A stretch of DNA of 63,990 bases, counting the filler, from an uncultured Myxococcia bacterium (GTDB taxonomy: Bacteria; CAZTWC01), in the NCBI GenBank assembly GCA_964617105.1. It is 3 parts of 3 records of this genome, joined end to end, with 100 filler letters (N's around TTAATTAATTAA, not from the genome) between each part and the next. Parts side by side here need not be neighbours in the genome. Positions count along the whole stretch, not along the records: positions 1 to 27,303 come from CAZTWC010000014.1; 2 more parts are not named here. One strand, written 5' to 3'. A model generated the notes under the pieces. That model was not told the origin of the DNA, made no database searches, and worked only from the letters and a program-made list of their open reading frames with translations. The position numbers and the translations under genes were made by a program. Shown here one piece after another: positions 1 through 11,384 of the stretch (within the stretch, counting starts at the first letter, position 1; each line of letters opens with the position of its first letter).

Positions 1-995
1 TACCCTTGGGAGAGGCTATTGTGGAAACGGTTAAGGCTGATAGACAGGTGATCCTGTTTCTGAACCGTCGAGGCTATTCACCCTTTTTACTTTGTCCAGA
101 CTGTGGAGAGACTCTAAAATGCACCCGGTGTGACATCTCCCTTACATACCATCTGCGGCCCACCCGCCTGCTATGTCATTATTGCGGCAGCAGCATCGAC
201 TTACCGAAACAGTGCCCTCAATGCAAGGGGAAAAAGATAAAACCGGTTGGAGTGGGGACTCAGCAGGTGGAGGATGCGGCGAATATGTTACTGAAAGAAC
301 ATCATCTGGAGGCTCAGGTGGCCCGTTTTGACAGTGACGCCATCAATACGCCCAGGAAACTCTATGCTCTATTGGGCAGTTTTGCCCGGGGAGAGATAAA
401 AATCATGATAGGCACCCAGATGTTGGCTAAGGGGCATGATTTTCCCGGAGTATCTCTGGTGGGAGTTATTTTAGCAGAAACAGGGCTCAATTTTCCCGAT
501 TTCAGGGCGGCGGAGAAGACTTTCCAAATGTTGGTCCAGGTGGCAGGGAGAGCCGGCCGGGGAAGTAGTCCCGGAAAAGTGTTGGTCCAGACTTATAATC
601 CGGATCACTACGCTATTAAATGCGCCCAGCAACAGGATTACCAAAAATTCTATCAGCAGGAGATAAAACTCCGGAAGAGATTACAATATCCCCCTTTTTG
701 TCAGATTATCCTGTTGAGAATTCAGGGTCAAGAGGATGAGGTGATCAGGTTGTCGCAAAATTACGGCAAGTATCTGCGTTCTCTGGTCTCCAGAAGCACC
801 GGGGTAATAATGTATGGTCCGGCGCCATCGCCAATCAGCCGCATTAAGGACAAATACCGGCAACAGATACTGTTTAAACTTTTACCTGGCAGTGATTTTA
901 AAAAATTGCTGTTTGATTGTTTGAAACATGACCGGCTTCCCTCCTCCGTAAAGGCCAGGCTAAGTATAGATGTAGATCCGGATACCATCTTATAA
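1..995 (+). CDS. priA: Primosomal protein N' (PriA), 5'-truncated by window edge
   Basis: FLNRRGYS, Zn-finger CxxC pairs, GTQMLAKGHDFP, QVAGRAGR, C-terminal IDVDP. Confidence 0.95.
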   Translation, partial: PLGEAIVETVKADRQVILFLNRRGYSPFLLCPDCGETLKCTRCDISLTYHLRPTRLLCHYCGSSIDLPKQCPQCKGKKIKPVGVGTQQVEDAANMLLKEHHLEAQVARFDSDAINTPRKLYALLGSFARGEIKIMIGTQMLAKGHDFPGVSLVGVILAETGLNFPDFRAAEKTFQMLVQVAGRAGRGSSPGKVLVQTYNPDHYAIKCAQQQDYQKFYQQEIKLRKRLQYPPFCQIILLRIQGQEDEVIRLSQNYGKYLRSLVSRSTGVIMYGPAPSPISRIKDKYRQQILFKLLPGSDFKKLLFDCLKHDRLPSSVKARLSIDVDPDTIL

Positions 996-1021
996 AACCA
1001 GCAACCGGTGGGTGGAGAGAG

Positions 1022-2098
1022 TTATTTTTTCTTATACCAATCCGATTTTGAGTCGAAACTGGTATAACACTCCTGTTTGTTGGCGGTTTTTTGAAAAGCC
1101 AGTTGAATTAGGCGATCTATTAGTTGCGGGTAGGGAACACCCGCCTGGGCCATCAATTTGGGATACATACTTATCTGGGTGAAGCCGGGGATAGTATTTA
1201 ATTCATTGATAAACACCCTCCCGCTCTTTTTATCCAGCAAAAAATCGACCCGGGCGAAACCTTGGCCGTAAAGGGCCTTAAAGGCTTTGATGGCCAGGTC
1301 TTTGATCTCATCTGTCTTCCTGGAGGAAAGATTTTGGGCCGGAATAATGGTTTGAGAACTGTCATTGACATATTTATTATGAAAGTCATAAAAGCCATCT
1401 TTAACAATAATTTCACCCGGCGGTGATACCAATAACTCCTGGTTACCTAATACTGCTACCTCTATCTCTCTGGCCTCCACCCCTTTTTCTACCACTATTT
1501 TTTGGTCGAACTTAAAAGCGGTTTGAATGGCGGTTTCCAGTTGGTCAAATTTTTCTACCTTGCTGATGCCCACACTTGAACCCATATTGGCAGGTTTTAT
1601 AAAGCAGGGAAAGGGGAACAGTTTTTTGATCTGGCCGCAAATTTTGTCCTGGTTAGCCTTCCATGAGTCTACATCCAGTGATAGGTAAGGAACTATAGGT
1701 AGTCCGGATTGTTTCAGGAGGCGTTTGCTGGCTTCCTTATCCATGGTTACTGCCGAAGATATTACTGAGCAGCCCACGTAAGGCAGATTCAGCATCTCCA
1801 TCATCCCCTGGATGGTGCCGTCTTCTCCGTAAGGGCCGTGCAGCACCGGAAAAATCACATCCATTTCCAGAATTTTAGCCGGCGGCAGGGGTGAACCTTC
1901 ACCAATATTCCCTTGTTTCAAGCGAGTGAAAGGTTGGTCGCCCAGGAGCCAATCCCCCTCCTTGCTTATGGCAAAAGGGTGAATTTGATATTTGTTGATG
2001 TCGGCAGCACGGCAGATAGACTCTGCGGATACGATGGAAACTTCATGTTCAGGACTTTTTCCTCCAAAGACAATTCCCAGGTTGATTTTTTTGGTCAT
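1022..2098 (-). CDS. ddl: D-alanine--D-alanine ligase
   Basis: FGGKSPEHEVS, FPVLHGPYGEDGTIQG, KPANMGSSVG, NELNTIPGFT..SMYP. Confidence 0.95.
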   Translation of the reverse strand: MTKKINLGIVFGGKSPEHEVSIVSAESICRAADINKYQIHPFAISKEGDWLLGDQPFTRLKQGNIGEGSPLPPAKILEMDVIFPVLHGPYGEDGTIQGMMEMLNLPYVGCSVISSAVTMDKEASKRLLKQSGLPIVPYLSLDVDSWKANQDKICGQIKKLFPFPCFIKPANMGSSVGISKVEKFDQLETAIQTAFKFDQKIVVEKGVEAREIEVAVLGNQELLVSPPGEIIVKDGFYDFHNKYVNDSSQTIIPAQNLSSRKTDEIKDLAIKAFKALYGQGFARVDFLLDKKSGRVFINELNTIPGFTQISMYPKLMAQAGVPYPQLIDRLIQLAFQKTANKQECYTSFDSKSDWYKKK

Positions 2099-2116
2099 CT
2101 TGCTGAAAGCCTTTTT

Positions 2117-3127
2117 TTATTTATTTTCCAGGTTAAACAATTTGTACTGGTCTCTTCCCTCCTGCTTAGCTTTGTACATGGCTTCGTCCGCCGAGGATAT
2201 CAGCCGCTCGAGGCCGGATTTGAAAGGAGGAGTGGCACAGGAGATTCCCATGCTGACTGTAACCTGGTCACTTACCGTGGAGGAGTTGTGCTCCAGATTG
2301 AGAAGTTGGATGTGGGCCTCGATTTTATCCGCCACATTTACCGCTCCGTCCAAATCTGTATTGGGCAGAATAACGGCAAACTCTTCCCCCCCATATCGGG
2401 CTACACAGTCACCCGCTCTTTTCAGCGATTTTTTGAAGGCTGCCGCCACCATTGACAGGCAATAATCACCACGCTGGTGGCCGTAAGTATCGTTGAATTT
2501 CTTAAAGTAATCGATATCGATCATAATCAGGCTTATCGGTTTTTTTATGCGCAATGACCGTCGCCATTCTTCTGCCAGTAAGTGGTCGAAGTAGCGCCGG
2601 TTGGCTATCTGGGTGAGACTGTCAATAAAAGAGAGGCGATGCAACTTTTGGTTAGCTTCTTGAAGTTGCACGGTTAGTTCCAGCAACTCTTTCTCCCTCG
2701 CCTTGCGCTGATCCATCTCCTGTTTCAATTTTAAAGCGGATTTTACCCTGGTAAGCAGTTCTATTTTTTCTGCCGGTTTGACGATATAATCAATGGCGCC
2801 GGCGTTAAAGGCCTGTTCCAGTTTTTTGACTTTGGAAGTGGCCGTGACTACAATAATGGGAATATCTTGAGTTGAGGTATTGCTTTTGATTTGGCGGCAG
2901 GCCTCTATTCCATTAATGTTAGGCAGTTGGATATCCATCAAAATCAGATCTATCGGTTGTTTTGCAGCCCCCTCATCCTCCATGCCGAGTAGTTGAAATG
3001 CCTGGCTGGCAGTCTTGGCGATATGAATATCCTCAAAGCCTTCATCTTTAAGAAAGGTATTAAATAACAAAGTGATAGATTCAGAATCATCAACAATTAG
3101 TATGTCCATTGGCAAAGTTCCTATCAT
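2117..3127 (-). CDS. Response-regulator diguanylate cyclase (REC-GGDEF)
   Basis: ILIVDD / DLILMDI / KP receiver motifs; DIDYFK, RxxD I-site (RAGD) and RYGGEEF. Confidence 0.9.
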   Translation of the reverse strand: MIGTLPMDILIVDDSESITLLFNTFLKDEGFEDIHIAKTASQAFQLLGMEDEGAAKQPIDLILMDIQLPNINGIEACRQIKSNTSTQDIPIIVVTATSKVKKLEQAFNAGAIDYIVKPAEKIELLTRVKSALKLKQEMDQRKAREKELLELTVQLQEANQKLHRLSFIDSLTQIANRRYFDHLLAEEWRRSLRIKKPISLIMIDIDYFKKFNDTYGHQRGDYCLSMVAAAFKKSLKRAGDCVARYGGEEFAVILPNTDLDGAVNVADKIEAHIQLLNLEHNSSTVSDQVTVSMGISCATPPFKSGLERLISSADEAMYKAKQEGRDQYKLFNLENK

Positions 3128-3256
3128 AGGTGAGCGTAATAACCGTATCTGGAAGACACAAAAACAACAACTATACTATATCAATATCAACAATATAAAG
3201 ATACGTCAAATAAATGATGGCTGAATATTTTTAGGTTTAAAGAAGGGAAAAAATAT

Positions 3257-3286
3257 TTGTCACTTTTTTCAATTTATGCATATAAT
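3257..3286 (+). promoter_or_regulatory. Putative sigma70 promoter of the antiporter gene
   Basis: TTGTCA (3257-3262), 18 nt spacer, TATAAT (3281-3286). Confidence 0.5.
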
Positions 3287-3330
3287 AATCACACTTTTAT
3301 AAACAAATTTTGGTGATGGAGTTACCTCAA

Positions 3331-4788
3331 ATGGTTGCGAAAATATTTTTTAAGCAAATAACTATTTTGTTTTCCATGATCCTGGGCCTGATTATCTTGT
3401 TGTCGCCCTATTTAGTTCAGGCCTCCGAAGGTGGCGGACATAGTGAGTTGGGAAAAATGCTTCCCATCTGGACCGTTATACCTTTTGTCGGTATTCTGTT
3501 ATCCATAGCGCTTTTGCCTTTGCTGGCGCCCCATTTTTGGCACCATCACTTTCCCAAGATTTCCGCTGTCTGGGCTCTGCTTTTTGCCGTACCTTTTTTA
3601 GTGGTTTTCGGGCATGACGCTCTATACGAGATACTGCATATTTACCTTATAGATTATATCCCCTTTATTATTTTGCTCTGGTCCCTGTATACCATCTCTG
3701 GAGGGATTGTGGTCAGGGGGGACTTGAAGGGGACGCCTATACTTAACGCTATTATTATCCTTATTGGTACGTTTATGGCATCCTGGATTGGCACCACCGG
3801 TGCCTCTATGGTATTGATCCGCCCTTTGCTCAGGGCCAATGAGGCCCGGAAGCGGAAGGGGCACATTATTATCTTCTTTATCTTTTTGGTCAGCAATATC
3901 GGCGGTTCTCTCACTCCTTTAGGCGATCCACCCCTATTTTTAGGATTTTTACACGGAGTGCCTTTTTTCTGGACGTTCAATATCTTGCCCCACATGGCTC
4001 TCTGTTCTTTGATGCTGCTGCTGCTGTTTTTTTTGGTCGATTCTTTTGCTTACAAACTGGACAAAAAAGATGGCGTAGTATTTGAGGAAGGGGAAAAAAT
4101 ACCTTTCAAGTTGGAAGGTTCTCATAACTTTCTCTTCCTGGCCGGTGTGGTGGGCGGAGTTTTACAGAGTGGTATGCTGCATTTGGGTGAAATAACTGTG
4201 ATGGGCGTCCATCTGGCCCTGCAAAACCTGCTTCGAGATGCACTTTTGATCATATTGGGTCTTTTATCCCTCAAGTTTACTGCCCAAAGTCTGCGTCGGG
4301 CCAATGAGTTTACCTGGTTTCCCATCAAGGAGGTGGCCTATTTATTTGCCGGTATATTTATGACTATAATTCCGGCCTTAGCCATTTTAAAAGCGGGACG
4401 CGAGGGCAGTTTGGCCTTTATTATCGAGGCGGTGCAAGAGCCTATCCACTATTTTTGGATAACCGGTATCCTCTCCAGTTTCCTGGACAATGCTCCCACT
4501 TACCTTACTTTTTTCAACACCGCGTTAGGCAATTTTTTCAGCGGTTTACCGGAAGCCCAGGCAGTACCAAAACTTATTGCCGAGAAGGAGATCTTTCTAA
4601 AGGCAATCAGTACTGGTGCTGTTTTTATGGGAGCCATGACCTATATCGGCAATGCCCCCAATTTTATGGTTAAATCTATAGCCGAGGAATCGGGCATCCC
4701 CATGCCCAGTTTTTTCGGTTTTATGATAAAGTACTCAATTCCTATTCTGGTTCCATATTTTATTATTATTTCCCTGGTCTTCTTTTAA
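3331..4788 (+). CDS. Putative sodium:proton antiporter / CitMHS_2-like ion transporter
   Basis: Many TM helices; GGSLTPLGDPPLFLGF, SSFLDNAPTY, TYIGNAPNFMVK motifs. Start at ATG 3331 chosen for the GGAG SD; ORF is open from 3310. Confidence 0.8.
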   Translation: MVAKIFFKQITILFSMILGLIILLSPYLVQASEGGGHSELGKMLPIWTVIPFVGILLSIALLPLLAPHFWHHHFPKISAVWALLFAVPFLVVFGHDALYEILHIYLIDYIPFIILLWSLYTISGGIVVRGDLKGTPILNAIIILIGTFMASWIGTTGASMVLIRPLLRANEARKRKGHIIIFFIFLVSNIGGSLTPLGDPPLFLGFLHGVPFFWTFNILPHMALCSLMLLLLFFLVDSFAYKLDKKDGVVFEEGEKIPFKLEGSHNFLFLAGVVGGVLQSGMLHLGEITVMGVHLALQNLLRDALLIILGLLSLKFTAQSLRRANEFTWFPIKEVAYLFAGIFMTIIPALAILKAGREGSLAFIIEAVQEPIHYFWITGILSSFLDNAPTYLTFFNTALGNFFSGLPEAQAVPKLIAEKEIFLKAISTGAVFMGAMTYIGNAPNFMVKSIAEESGIPMPSFFGFMIKYSIPILVPYFIIISLVFF

Positions 4789-5510
4789 ATGACCGGAAAA
4801 ATAACGGTTCTGGGATCCGGCACTTGTCAAATCCAATTGGAACGGATGGCTTCCAGCCTGTTGGTTGAATGGGATGATTTACGTTTTGTTTTTGATTTTG
4901 GCCGGGGCATAAGCCAGAGGCTGTGCCAGATCGGGCTGAAACAAGATGATCTCGGCCATATAGTTGTTTCCCATTTTCACCCTGATCACTGCTCCGACCT
5001 GATCCCATATCTTCACGCTGCTTGTTGGTCTCAAATAGATCCCCGGCAAGAGGATTTGCACCTTTATGGACCTGATGGACTTGTAGAATTGATCTCCCTG
5101 TTTGGCCTGTCAGCCTTGCGATCTTCCCGTTTTAATCTTCTGGTTCATAATTTGAAGGAAGCCAGTTTTTTGATGGCAAAAATCCCTTTCTTTTCCCAGG
5201 AGTTGCCGCCGTCCGGCAACCGGGGCCTCAAGTTCCAGGCTGGCGAAAAGATTATTGCCTTTACCGGCGACAGTCACTATCACCAGCAGGAGATAGAGTT
5301 TTTAAAACGGTGGACATTGCGGTTATTGACAGTGGACACATCTCTGACCAGCAGATAGTGGATTTGGCCGTTAAAAGTCAGGTAGAAAAAATAGTTTTAT
5401 CTCATCTCTACCGGGAATTGAATCCACAAGAACTGCAACAGAGCGCCCAGACCGGAGGTTATCAAGGGAATCTGGTCAGAGCCGAAGATTTAATGGAGAT
5501 AGAGTTTTAG
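4789..5510 (+). CDS. MBL-fold metallo-hydrolase (RNase Z/BN-like), split by a -1 frameshift near 5301-5307
   Basis: VLGSG, FDFGRG, SHFHPDHCSD, FTGDS in frame 1; D-S-G-H and LSHLY C-terminal motifs continue in the -1 frame (5310-5510). Confidence 0.75.
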
Positions 5511-5565
5511 ACCGCCATGAATTCCCGGGATTTTCCGAAAATTCTTTTCTGTCTTAATTTTAAGC

Positions 5566-5593
5566 TTGACAGAGGCCACAAGAATATTATAAT
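5566..5593 (+). promoter_or_regulatory. Consensus sigma70 promoter of the str operon
   Basis: TTGACA (5566-5571), 16 nt spacer, TATAAT (5588-5593), upstream of rpsL. Confidence 0.8.
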
Positions 5594-5635
5594 AGCTTGC
5601 TCGACTTAATTTTTTATTTAACCAGAGGAGATGGG

Positions 5636-6007
5636 ATGCCAACTGTTAATCAACTTGTGAGGAAATCGAGAAAAGCTCCGGTGAAAAAAACATCAGCCCC
5701 GGCGCTGGAGTCTTGTCCGCAAAAACAGGGAGTCTGTTTGCAGGTCAAGACCACCACCCCTAAAAAACCAAACTCGGCGTTGAGAAAAGTTGCCAGAGTG
5801 AGATTGACCAATGGCATAGAGGTAACCGCCTATATCCCCGGAGAAGGACATAACCTTCAGCAGCATTCCGTAGTATTGATCAGGGGGGGGCGGGTTAAAG
5901 ATCTACCCGGGGTTCGTTATCATATTGTAAGGGGCAGTTTGGATACCCAGGGGGTAACAGATCGTCGCCAGGGACGTTCTAAATACGGCGCCAAGAAACC
6001 GAAGTAG
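5636..6007 (+). CDS. rpsL: 30S ribosomal protein S12
   Basis: [40 protein letters not shown] before ATG 5636. Confidence 0.98.
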   Translation: MPTVNQLVRKSRKAPVKKTSAPALESCPQKQGVCLQVKTTTPKKPNSALRKVARVRLTNGIEVTAYIPGEGHNLQQHSVVLIRGGRVKDLPGVRYHIVRGSLDTQGVTDRRQGRSKYGAKKPK

Positions 6008-6071
6008 AGTTGGATTAGTTTTTTACAACTAAGGTAAGAATCTGCTTCTTGTTAAAGATATAACGAAATAA

Positions 6072-6569
<498 letters not shown>

Positions 6570-6682
6570 AAAATTCCGTTAACACCCTCCGTCCTCTCCT
6601 TTCTGAAATATTTTGTCAATCCATATCTGGTTTCCATATGGAAACTGCTACCTATTTTTTATATTTAAGGTAATTGTTCTTT

Positions 6683-8782
6683 ATGATGGAGTTATCTAAA
6701 ATTCGTAATATTGGCTTTATGGCCCATATTGATGCCGGTAAAACCACTACTACTGAGCGGGTTTTATACTATACCGGTGTAAGTCATAAGATCGGTGAAG
6801 TGGATGACGGCACGGCTCAAATGGACTGGATGGAGCAGGAGCAAGAGCGCGGTATTACAATTACTTCAGCAACTACTAAGTGTTTTTGGTCCGATTGCCA
6901 AATAAACATTATCGATACTCCGGGACACGTTGATTTTACCGCTGAGGTGGAGAGATGTTTGCGGGTATTGGATGGCGCGGTGGCCATCTTTTGTGCGGTA
7001 GCCGGTGTCCAGCCTCAAACGGAAACAGTATGGCGGCAGGCGGAAACCTATAAGATTCCCCGTATCGCTTTTGTCAACAAGATGGACAGGCTGGGAGCCG
7101 ATTTTCAAAATTGCCTGGCCACCATGGAGAAAATGCTCAAAGCCAATCCGGTTCCCATTCAAATACCCATTGGGAAAGAGAGTGACTTTCAAGGTGCCAT
7201 CGATTTAGTTAATATGGAAGCGATTATTTATACCTCAGAAGATGGGATAGAATGCCAGCGCCGCCCTATCCCCGAGGAACTGCTTCAACCGGCCCAGGAT
7301 GCTCGAGAGATAATGCTGGAAAAGTTGGCCGATATAGATGACATTATTATGGAGAAAGTGATTGAGGGCCAAAAGATTGATAGAGAAGAGATAGAAAATG
7401 CCTTGCGCCTGGGAACATTACAAAATGCATTGGTGCCGGTGCTCTGTGGTTCCTCTTTGAAAAACAAGGGAGTGCAGCCTTTGTTGGATGCGATTATAGC
7501 CTATTTTCCTTCTCCTCTTGATGTGCCCCCTATAGAGGCAAAGGTGGTCAAAGATAAAAAAGGCCAGGTGGTTGAGACTGGCCAAACCAGGAAGATAACC
7601 GCTGCTCCCGACCAACCCCTGGCTGCTCTGGCCTTTAAAATTGTAAGTGATCCCTTTGCCGGTTTTTTAACTTACCTGCGGGTGTATTCCGGTGTTTTGG
7701 AGAGCGGAACTTATATTCTAAATGTAGCCAAAGGGAAAAAAGAGCGCATAAGTAAACTCTTTCAAATGCACGCTAATAAACGGGAAGAGATAAAAAAATG
7801 CACTGCCGGTGATATTGTGGCGGCAGTGGGACTCAATCATACCAGGACCAGCGATACCTTGACTCACACCAAGATGCCGGTGCTGTTGGAGTCGATAAGA
7901 TTTCCTGCTCCGGTTATCCATATCGCCATTGAGCCAAAAACCATTGCCGACCAGGAAAAGATTCCTACGGTGTTAAAAAAAATATCCATAGAAGATCCAT
8001 CTTTTTTGATCTCCCAGGATCAGGAAACCGGGCAGACTATAATTTCGGGCATGGGGGAGTTGCACCTGGAGGTGATTGTCAACCGGATGCTGCGGGAATT
8101 CAAGGTCAATGCCAATGTGGGAAAACCACAAGTGTCTTACAAGGAAACTATCTCCTCCTCCAAAGAGATGGAGGGGAAGTTTAAACGTCCTATAGGGGGC
8201 AAGAGCACCTTTGGTCATGTTATTTTAAAGGTTGAACCAGCGGAAAATGGGCAGGGTTTTATATTTATAAATGAAATAGAGGATGAAATGATAATTCCGC
8301 CCCAATATTTTCCTATAATCGAAGATGGTTTGAGAGAATCGATGGAAAGCGGTCCTTTGGCCGGTTTTCCCATGAATGATGTGATCGTTCGTTTAACCGG
8401 CGGGTCTTATCATGAAACTGAAGCCAACGAGGCGGCTTTCAAAGTAGCGGCGTCACAGGCTTTTACCGAGGCCTGCAAACTGGCTCAGCCGGTAATATTA
8501 GAACCCATAATGGATACTGAAATAGTAGTGCCGGAGATGTATGTGGGGGATGTTTTATCCGACCTGAACGCCCGGCGGGGAAAAATAGTTATGATGGAGT
8601 CCAGGGTGGATTTGCGAATTGTCAGGGCGGAACTACCCCTGGCCACCATGTTTGGTTACTCTACTGATTTACGTTCATTAACCAGTGGACGGGCTACTTA
8701 TACCATGCAGTTTAAGAACTACCAGAGCACTCCAGTTAATATAAGCAAGGAGATAGTAGCCAGGATTCAGGGAATTTTTTGA
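6683..8782 (+). CDS. fusA: Elongation factor G (divergent domain IV)
   Basis: [33 protein letters not shown]; start may be 6674, 6683 or 6686. Confidence 0.95.
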   Translation: MMELSKIRNIGFMAHIDAGKTTTTERVLYYTGVSHKIGEVDDGTAQMDWMEQEQERGITITSATTKCFWSDCQINIIDTPGHVDFTAEVERCLRVLDGAVAIFCAVAGVQPQTETVWRQAETYKIPRIAFVNKMDRLGADFQNCLATMEKMLKANPVPIQIPIGKESDFQGAIDLVNMEAIIYTSEDGIECQRRPIPEELLQPAQDAREIMLEKLADIDDIIMEKVIEGQKIDREEIENALRLGTLQNALVPVLCGSSLKNKGVQPLLDAIIAYFPSPLDVPPIEAKVVKDKKGQVVETGQTRKITAAPDQPLAALAFKIVSDPFAGFLTYLRVYSGVLESGTYILNVAKGKKERISKLFQMHANKREEIKKCTAGDIVAAVGLNHTRTSDTLTHTKMPVLLESIRFPAPVIHIAIEPKTIADQEKIPTVLKKISIEDPSFLISQDQETGQTIISGMGELHLEVIVNRMLREFKVNANVGKPQVSYKETISSSKEMEGKFKRPIGGKSTFGHVILKVEPAENGQGFIFINEIEDEMIIPPQYFPIIEDGLRESMESGPLAGFPMNDVIVRLTGGSYHETEANEAAFKVAASQAFTEACKLAQPVILEPIMDTEIVVPEMYVGDVLSDLNARRGKIVMMESRVDLRIVRAELPLATMFGYSTDLRSLTSGRATYTMQFKNYQSTPVNISKEIVARIQGIF

Positions 8783-8857
8783 AATTGTTACAGAGTCCAC
8801 AAAATAAAACCAGTAATATCAATAAGTTTGCAGAGATAATTTTCTGACACTTTTTTG

Positions 8858-8885
8858 TTGCAAATAATGAAAATCAATGTATAAT
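8858..8885 (+). promoter_or_regulatory. Putative sigma70 promoter of the S10 operon
   Basis: TTGCAA (8858-8863), 16 nt spacer, TATAAT (8880-8885), upstream of rpsJ. Confidence 0.65.
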
Positions 8886-8972
8886 ACTACGCTTCCCTGT
8901 ATAGAATGGGAACAAGAAAGCAATTTAACCAGTGTCCGGATGGACACAAATTAAACAGGCAGGTCCTTTAAA

Positions 8973-9278
8973 ATGGCGACACAAAAAATTAGGATTAAAT
9001 TAAAGGCGTACGATTACAAATTACTGGATAAATCCACTGGCCAAATAGTTGATACCGCAAAAAAAACCGGTGCCAGGGTGGCGGGTCCGATACCGTTGCC
9101 AATTAAAATAAGCAGGTACACGGTTTTGCGGTCTCCTCACGTCGATAAGAAATCCAGAGAACAGTTTGAGATTAGAACGCATAAGCGGCTTTTAGATATT
9201 TTGGAGCCTACCCAGCAGACTTTGGATGCCTTGATGAAACTGGATTTATCTGCCGGCGTGGATATCGAGATTAAATAA
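8973..9278 (+). CDS. rpsJ: 30S ribosomal protein S10
   Basis: [29 protein letters not shown]. Confidence 0.98.
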   Translation: MATQKIRIKLKAYDYKLLDKSTGQIVDTAKKTGARVAGPIPLPIKISRYTVLRSPHVDKKSREQFEIRTHKRLLDILEPTQQTLDALMKLDLSAGVDIEIK

Positions 9279-9300
9279 ACTAACCAAATAGGGTGCTGTT

Positions 9301-9924
9301 ATGGCAACTGTAGATGTTTTAGATTTCAATTCAGAGAAACAAGATGAGATTCAGGTGCCAGAATCTATTTTCTTGCAAGATGTTAAGGAACACTTGTATC
9401 ATCCGGTAATCAGGATGCAAATGGCCTGTCGGAGACGTGGAACTGCCTGCACAAAGCATCGCAGCGATATTACCGGCAGCAAAAGGAAAATGTACCGCCA
9501 AAAGGGGACTGGTAATGCCCGGAAAGGTTCGGTAAAATCTCCGATATTGGTTGGTGGTGGTGTAGCCTTTGGCCCTAAACCCAGGGATTACTCCTATAAA
9601 CTTCCCAAAAAGGTGGTCAGGCAGGCATTGATATCCGCTTTAAGCCAAAAGTTTAAAGAGGGTAAAGTATTGGTTTTGGACAACTTAAAGTTGCCTGAGA
9701 TTAAGACCAAAAATGTTGTTAAACATTTGAATAAATTGGAGGCGTCATCGGCTTTAATTATTGAAAATCAGGAGAATGACAACCTGTGGATGTCAGCCAG
9801 AAATGTCCCAGATATTAAAGTGTTACCACCAGTTGCTTTAAACTTGTATGATATATTAAGTTATGAAAAACTAGTTTTTACCCGCGAAACTTTTACCAAA
9901 GTACAAGAGGTGTACGGCTCATGA
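9301..9924 (+). CDS. rplD: 50S ribosomal protein L4
   Basis: RQKGTGNAR, GGGVAFGPKPRDY. Confidence 0.97.
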   Translation: MATVDVLDFNSEKQDEIQVPESIFLQDVKEHLYHPVIRMQMACRRRGTACTKHRSDITGSKRKMYRQKGTGNARKGSVKSPILVGGGVAFGPKPRDYSYKLPKKVVRQALISALSQKFKEGKVLVLDNLKLPEIKTKNVVKHLNKLEASSALIIENQENDNLWMSARNVPDIKVLPPVALNLYDILSYEKLVFTRETFTKVQEVYGS

Positions 9925-10208
9925 ATCAATACGATGTTTTACAATCGCCAATAGTTACCGAAAAGGCGGAGATTTCGGGCGAAAGAAAAAACAGTGTCTT
10001 TTTCAAAGTCCAGCTTACCGCCAATAAAAGACAGATAAAAGAGGCGGTGGAAAAAATATTCGATGTACGGGTAACCGGCGTCCGCACCATGATTAATCCG
10101 GGAAAAAGGAAAAGATTTGGTCGGGGATTAGGCAAAGCCCGGAAGTGGAAAAAAGCGATAGTGGACCTGAGAGAGGGCGATGCCATCGAATTTTTTGAAG
10201 GAGTTTAG
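9921..10208 (+). CDS. rplW: 50S ribosomal protein L23
   Basis: [24 protein letters not shown]. Confidence 0.96.
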   Translation: MNQYDVLQSPIVTEKAEISGERKNSVFFKVQLTANKRQIKEAVEKIFDVRVTGVRTMINPGKRKRFGRGLGKARKWKKAIVDLREGDAIEFFEGV

Positions 10209-10219
10209 GAGAGAAAGCT

Positions 10220-11047
10220 ATGGGTATCAAAAAATACAAACCCACTTCACCCGGTAGACGGAATATGAGTGTGTCCGATTTTGCGCCGGTAACCAAGTCA
10301 ACACCGGAAAAATCTTTGTGTAAGCCGCTTTCTAAAAAAGGGGGCAGAAATAACAAAGGCAGGATAACCATTCGTCACCGTGGCGGTGGACACAAGAGAA
10401 AGTATCGCCTGATCGATTTTAAGAGGGATAAATTAGAAGTGCCGGCCAAAGTAGCCAGCATTGAATATGATCCCAATCGTTCAGCCTATATTGCTTTGCT
10501 CCACTATGTGGACGGTGAGAAACGTTATATTTTGGCGCCGGTGGGTATTAACGTAGGCAGCATAGTCCGTTCTTCCATCGAGGCTGATATAAAGCCAGGG
10601 AACTGTTTGCCCTTGAGGGACATACCTTTAGGACAACTGATTCACAATGTAGAGTTAAAAAAAGGCAAGGGCGGAGAGTTGGTTCGCAGTGCAGGTACTG
10701 CTGCTCAAATTATGGCTAAAGAGGGGAAATACGCCCAGATTCGTTTGCCATCCTCTGAGGTCAGGATGGTGTTATTGGACTGCAAGGCTACTATCGGCCA
10801 GGTGGGCAATCTGGAGAACTCCAATATCCGTATTGGTAAAGCCGGCAGAAACCGGCACCTGGGGCTCAGACCCAAAGTCAGGGGCGTGGCCATGAATCCG
10901 GTCGATCATCCTCATGGCGGCGGTGAAGGACGCAGTTCTGGAGGAAGACATCCGGTTACTCCCTGGGGTGTATTGACCAAGGGATTTAAAACCAGAAGCA
11001 ATAAAAATAGTGACAAGTTTATCATTAGACAAAGAAATAGAAAGTAG
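10220..11047 (+). CDS. rplB: 50S ribosomal protein L2
   Basis: [30 protein letters not shown]. Confidence 0.98.
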   Translation: MGIKKYKPTSPGRRNMSVSDFAPVTKSTPEKSLCKPLSKKGGRNNKGRITIRHRGGGHKRKYRLIDFKRDKLEVPAKVASIEYDPNRSAYIALLHYVDGEKRYILAPVGINVGSIVRSSIEADIKPGNCLPLRDIPLGQLIHNVELKKGKGGELVRSAGTAAQIMAKEGKYAQIRLPSSEVRMVLLDCKATIGQVGNLENSNIRIGKAGRNRHLGLRPKVRGVAMNPVDHPHGGGEGRSSGGRHPVTPWGVLTKGFKTRSNKNSDKFIIRQRNRK

Positions 11048-11056
11048 GAGGATATT

Positions 11057-11338
11057 TTGCCCAGGTCGGTTAAAAAAGGTCCCTTTGTGGACGAGCATCT
11101 GTGGAAGAAAATTGAACAGGCAATAAAAACCAAGGTTAAAAAGCCGATAAAAACCTGGTCCAGAAGGTCCACTATATTACCTGAATTCGTCGGCTTTACC
11201 TTTTTAGTGCATAATGGGAAAAAATTTATTCCCATCCTGGTCACCGAAAATATGGTAGGCCATAAGTTGGGTGAGTTTGCACCCACTCGCCATTTCTCCA
11301 TGCATGCCGGCGAGAGAAAAGCGAAAAAAGGTAAATAG
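11057..11338 (+). CDS. rpsS: 30S ribosomal protein S19 (TTG start)
   Basis: [29 protein letters not shown]. Confidence 0.98.
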   Translation: MPRSVKKGPFVDEHLWKKIEQAIKTKVKKPIKTWSRRSTILPEFVGFTFLVHNGKKFIPILVTENMVGHKLGEFAPTRHFSMHAGERKAKKGK

Positions 11339-11384
11339 AAAATAGAACAATTATTAAGTTAAATTTATTGTCGAGGTCAATAAA

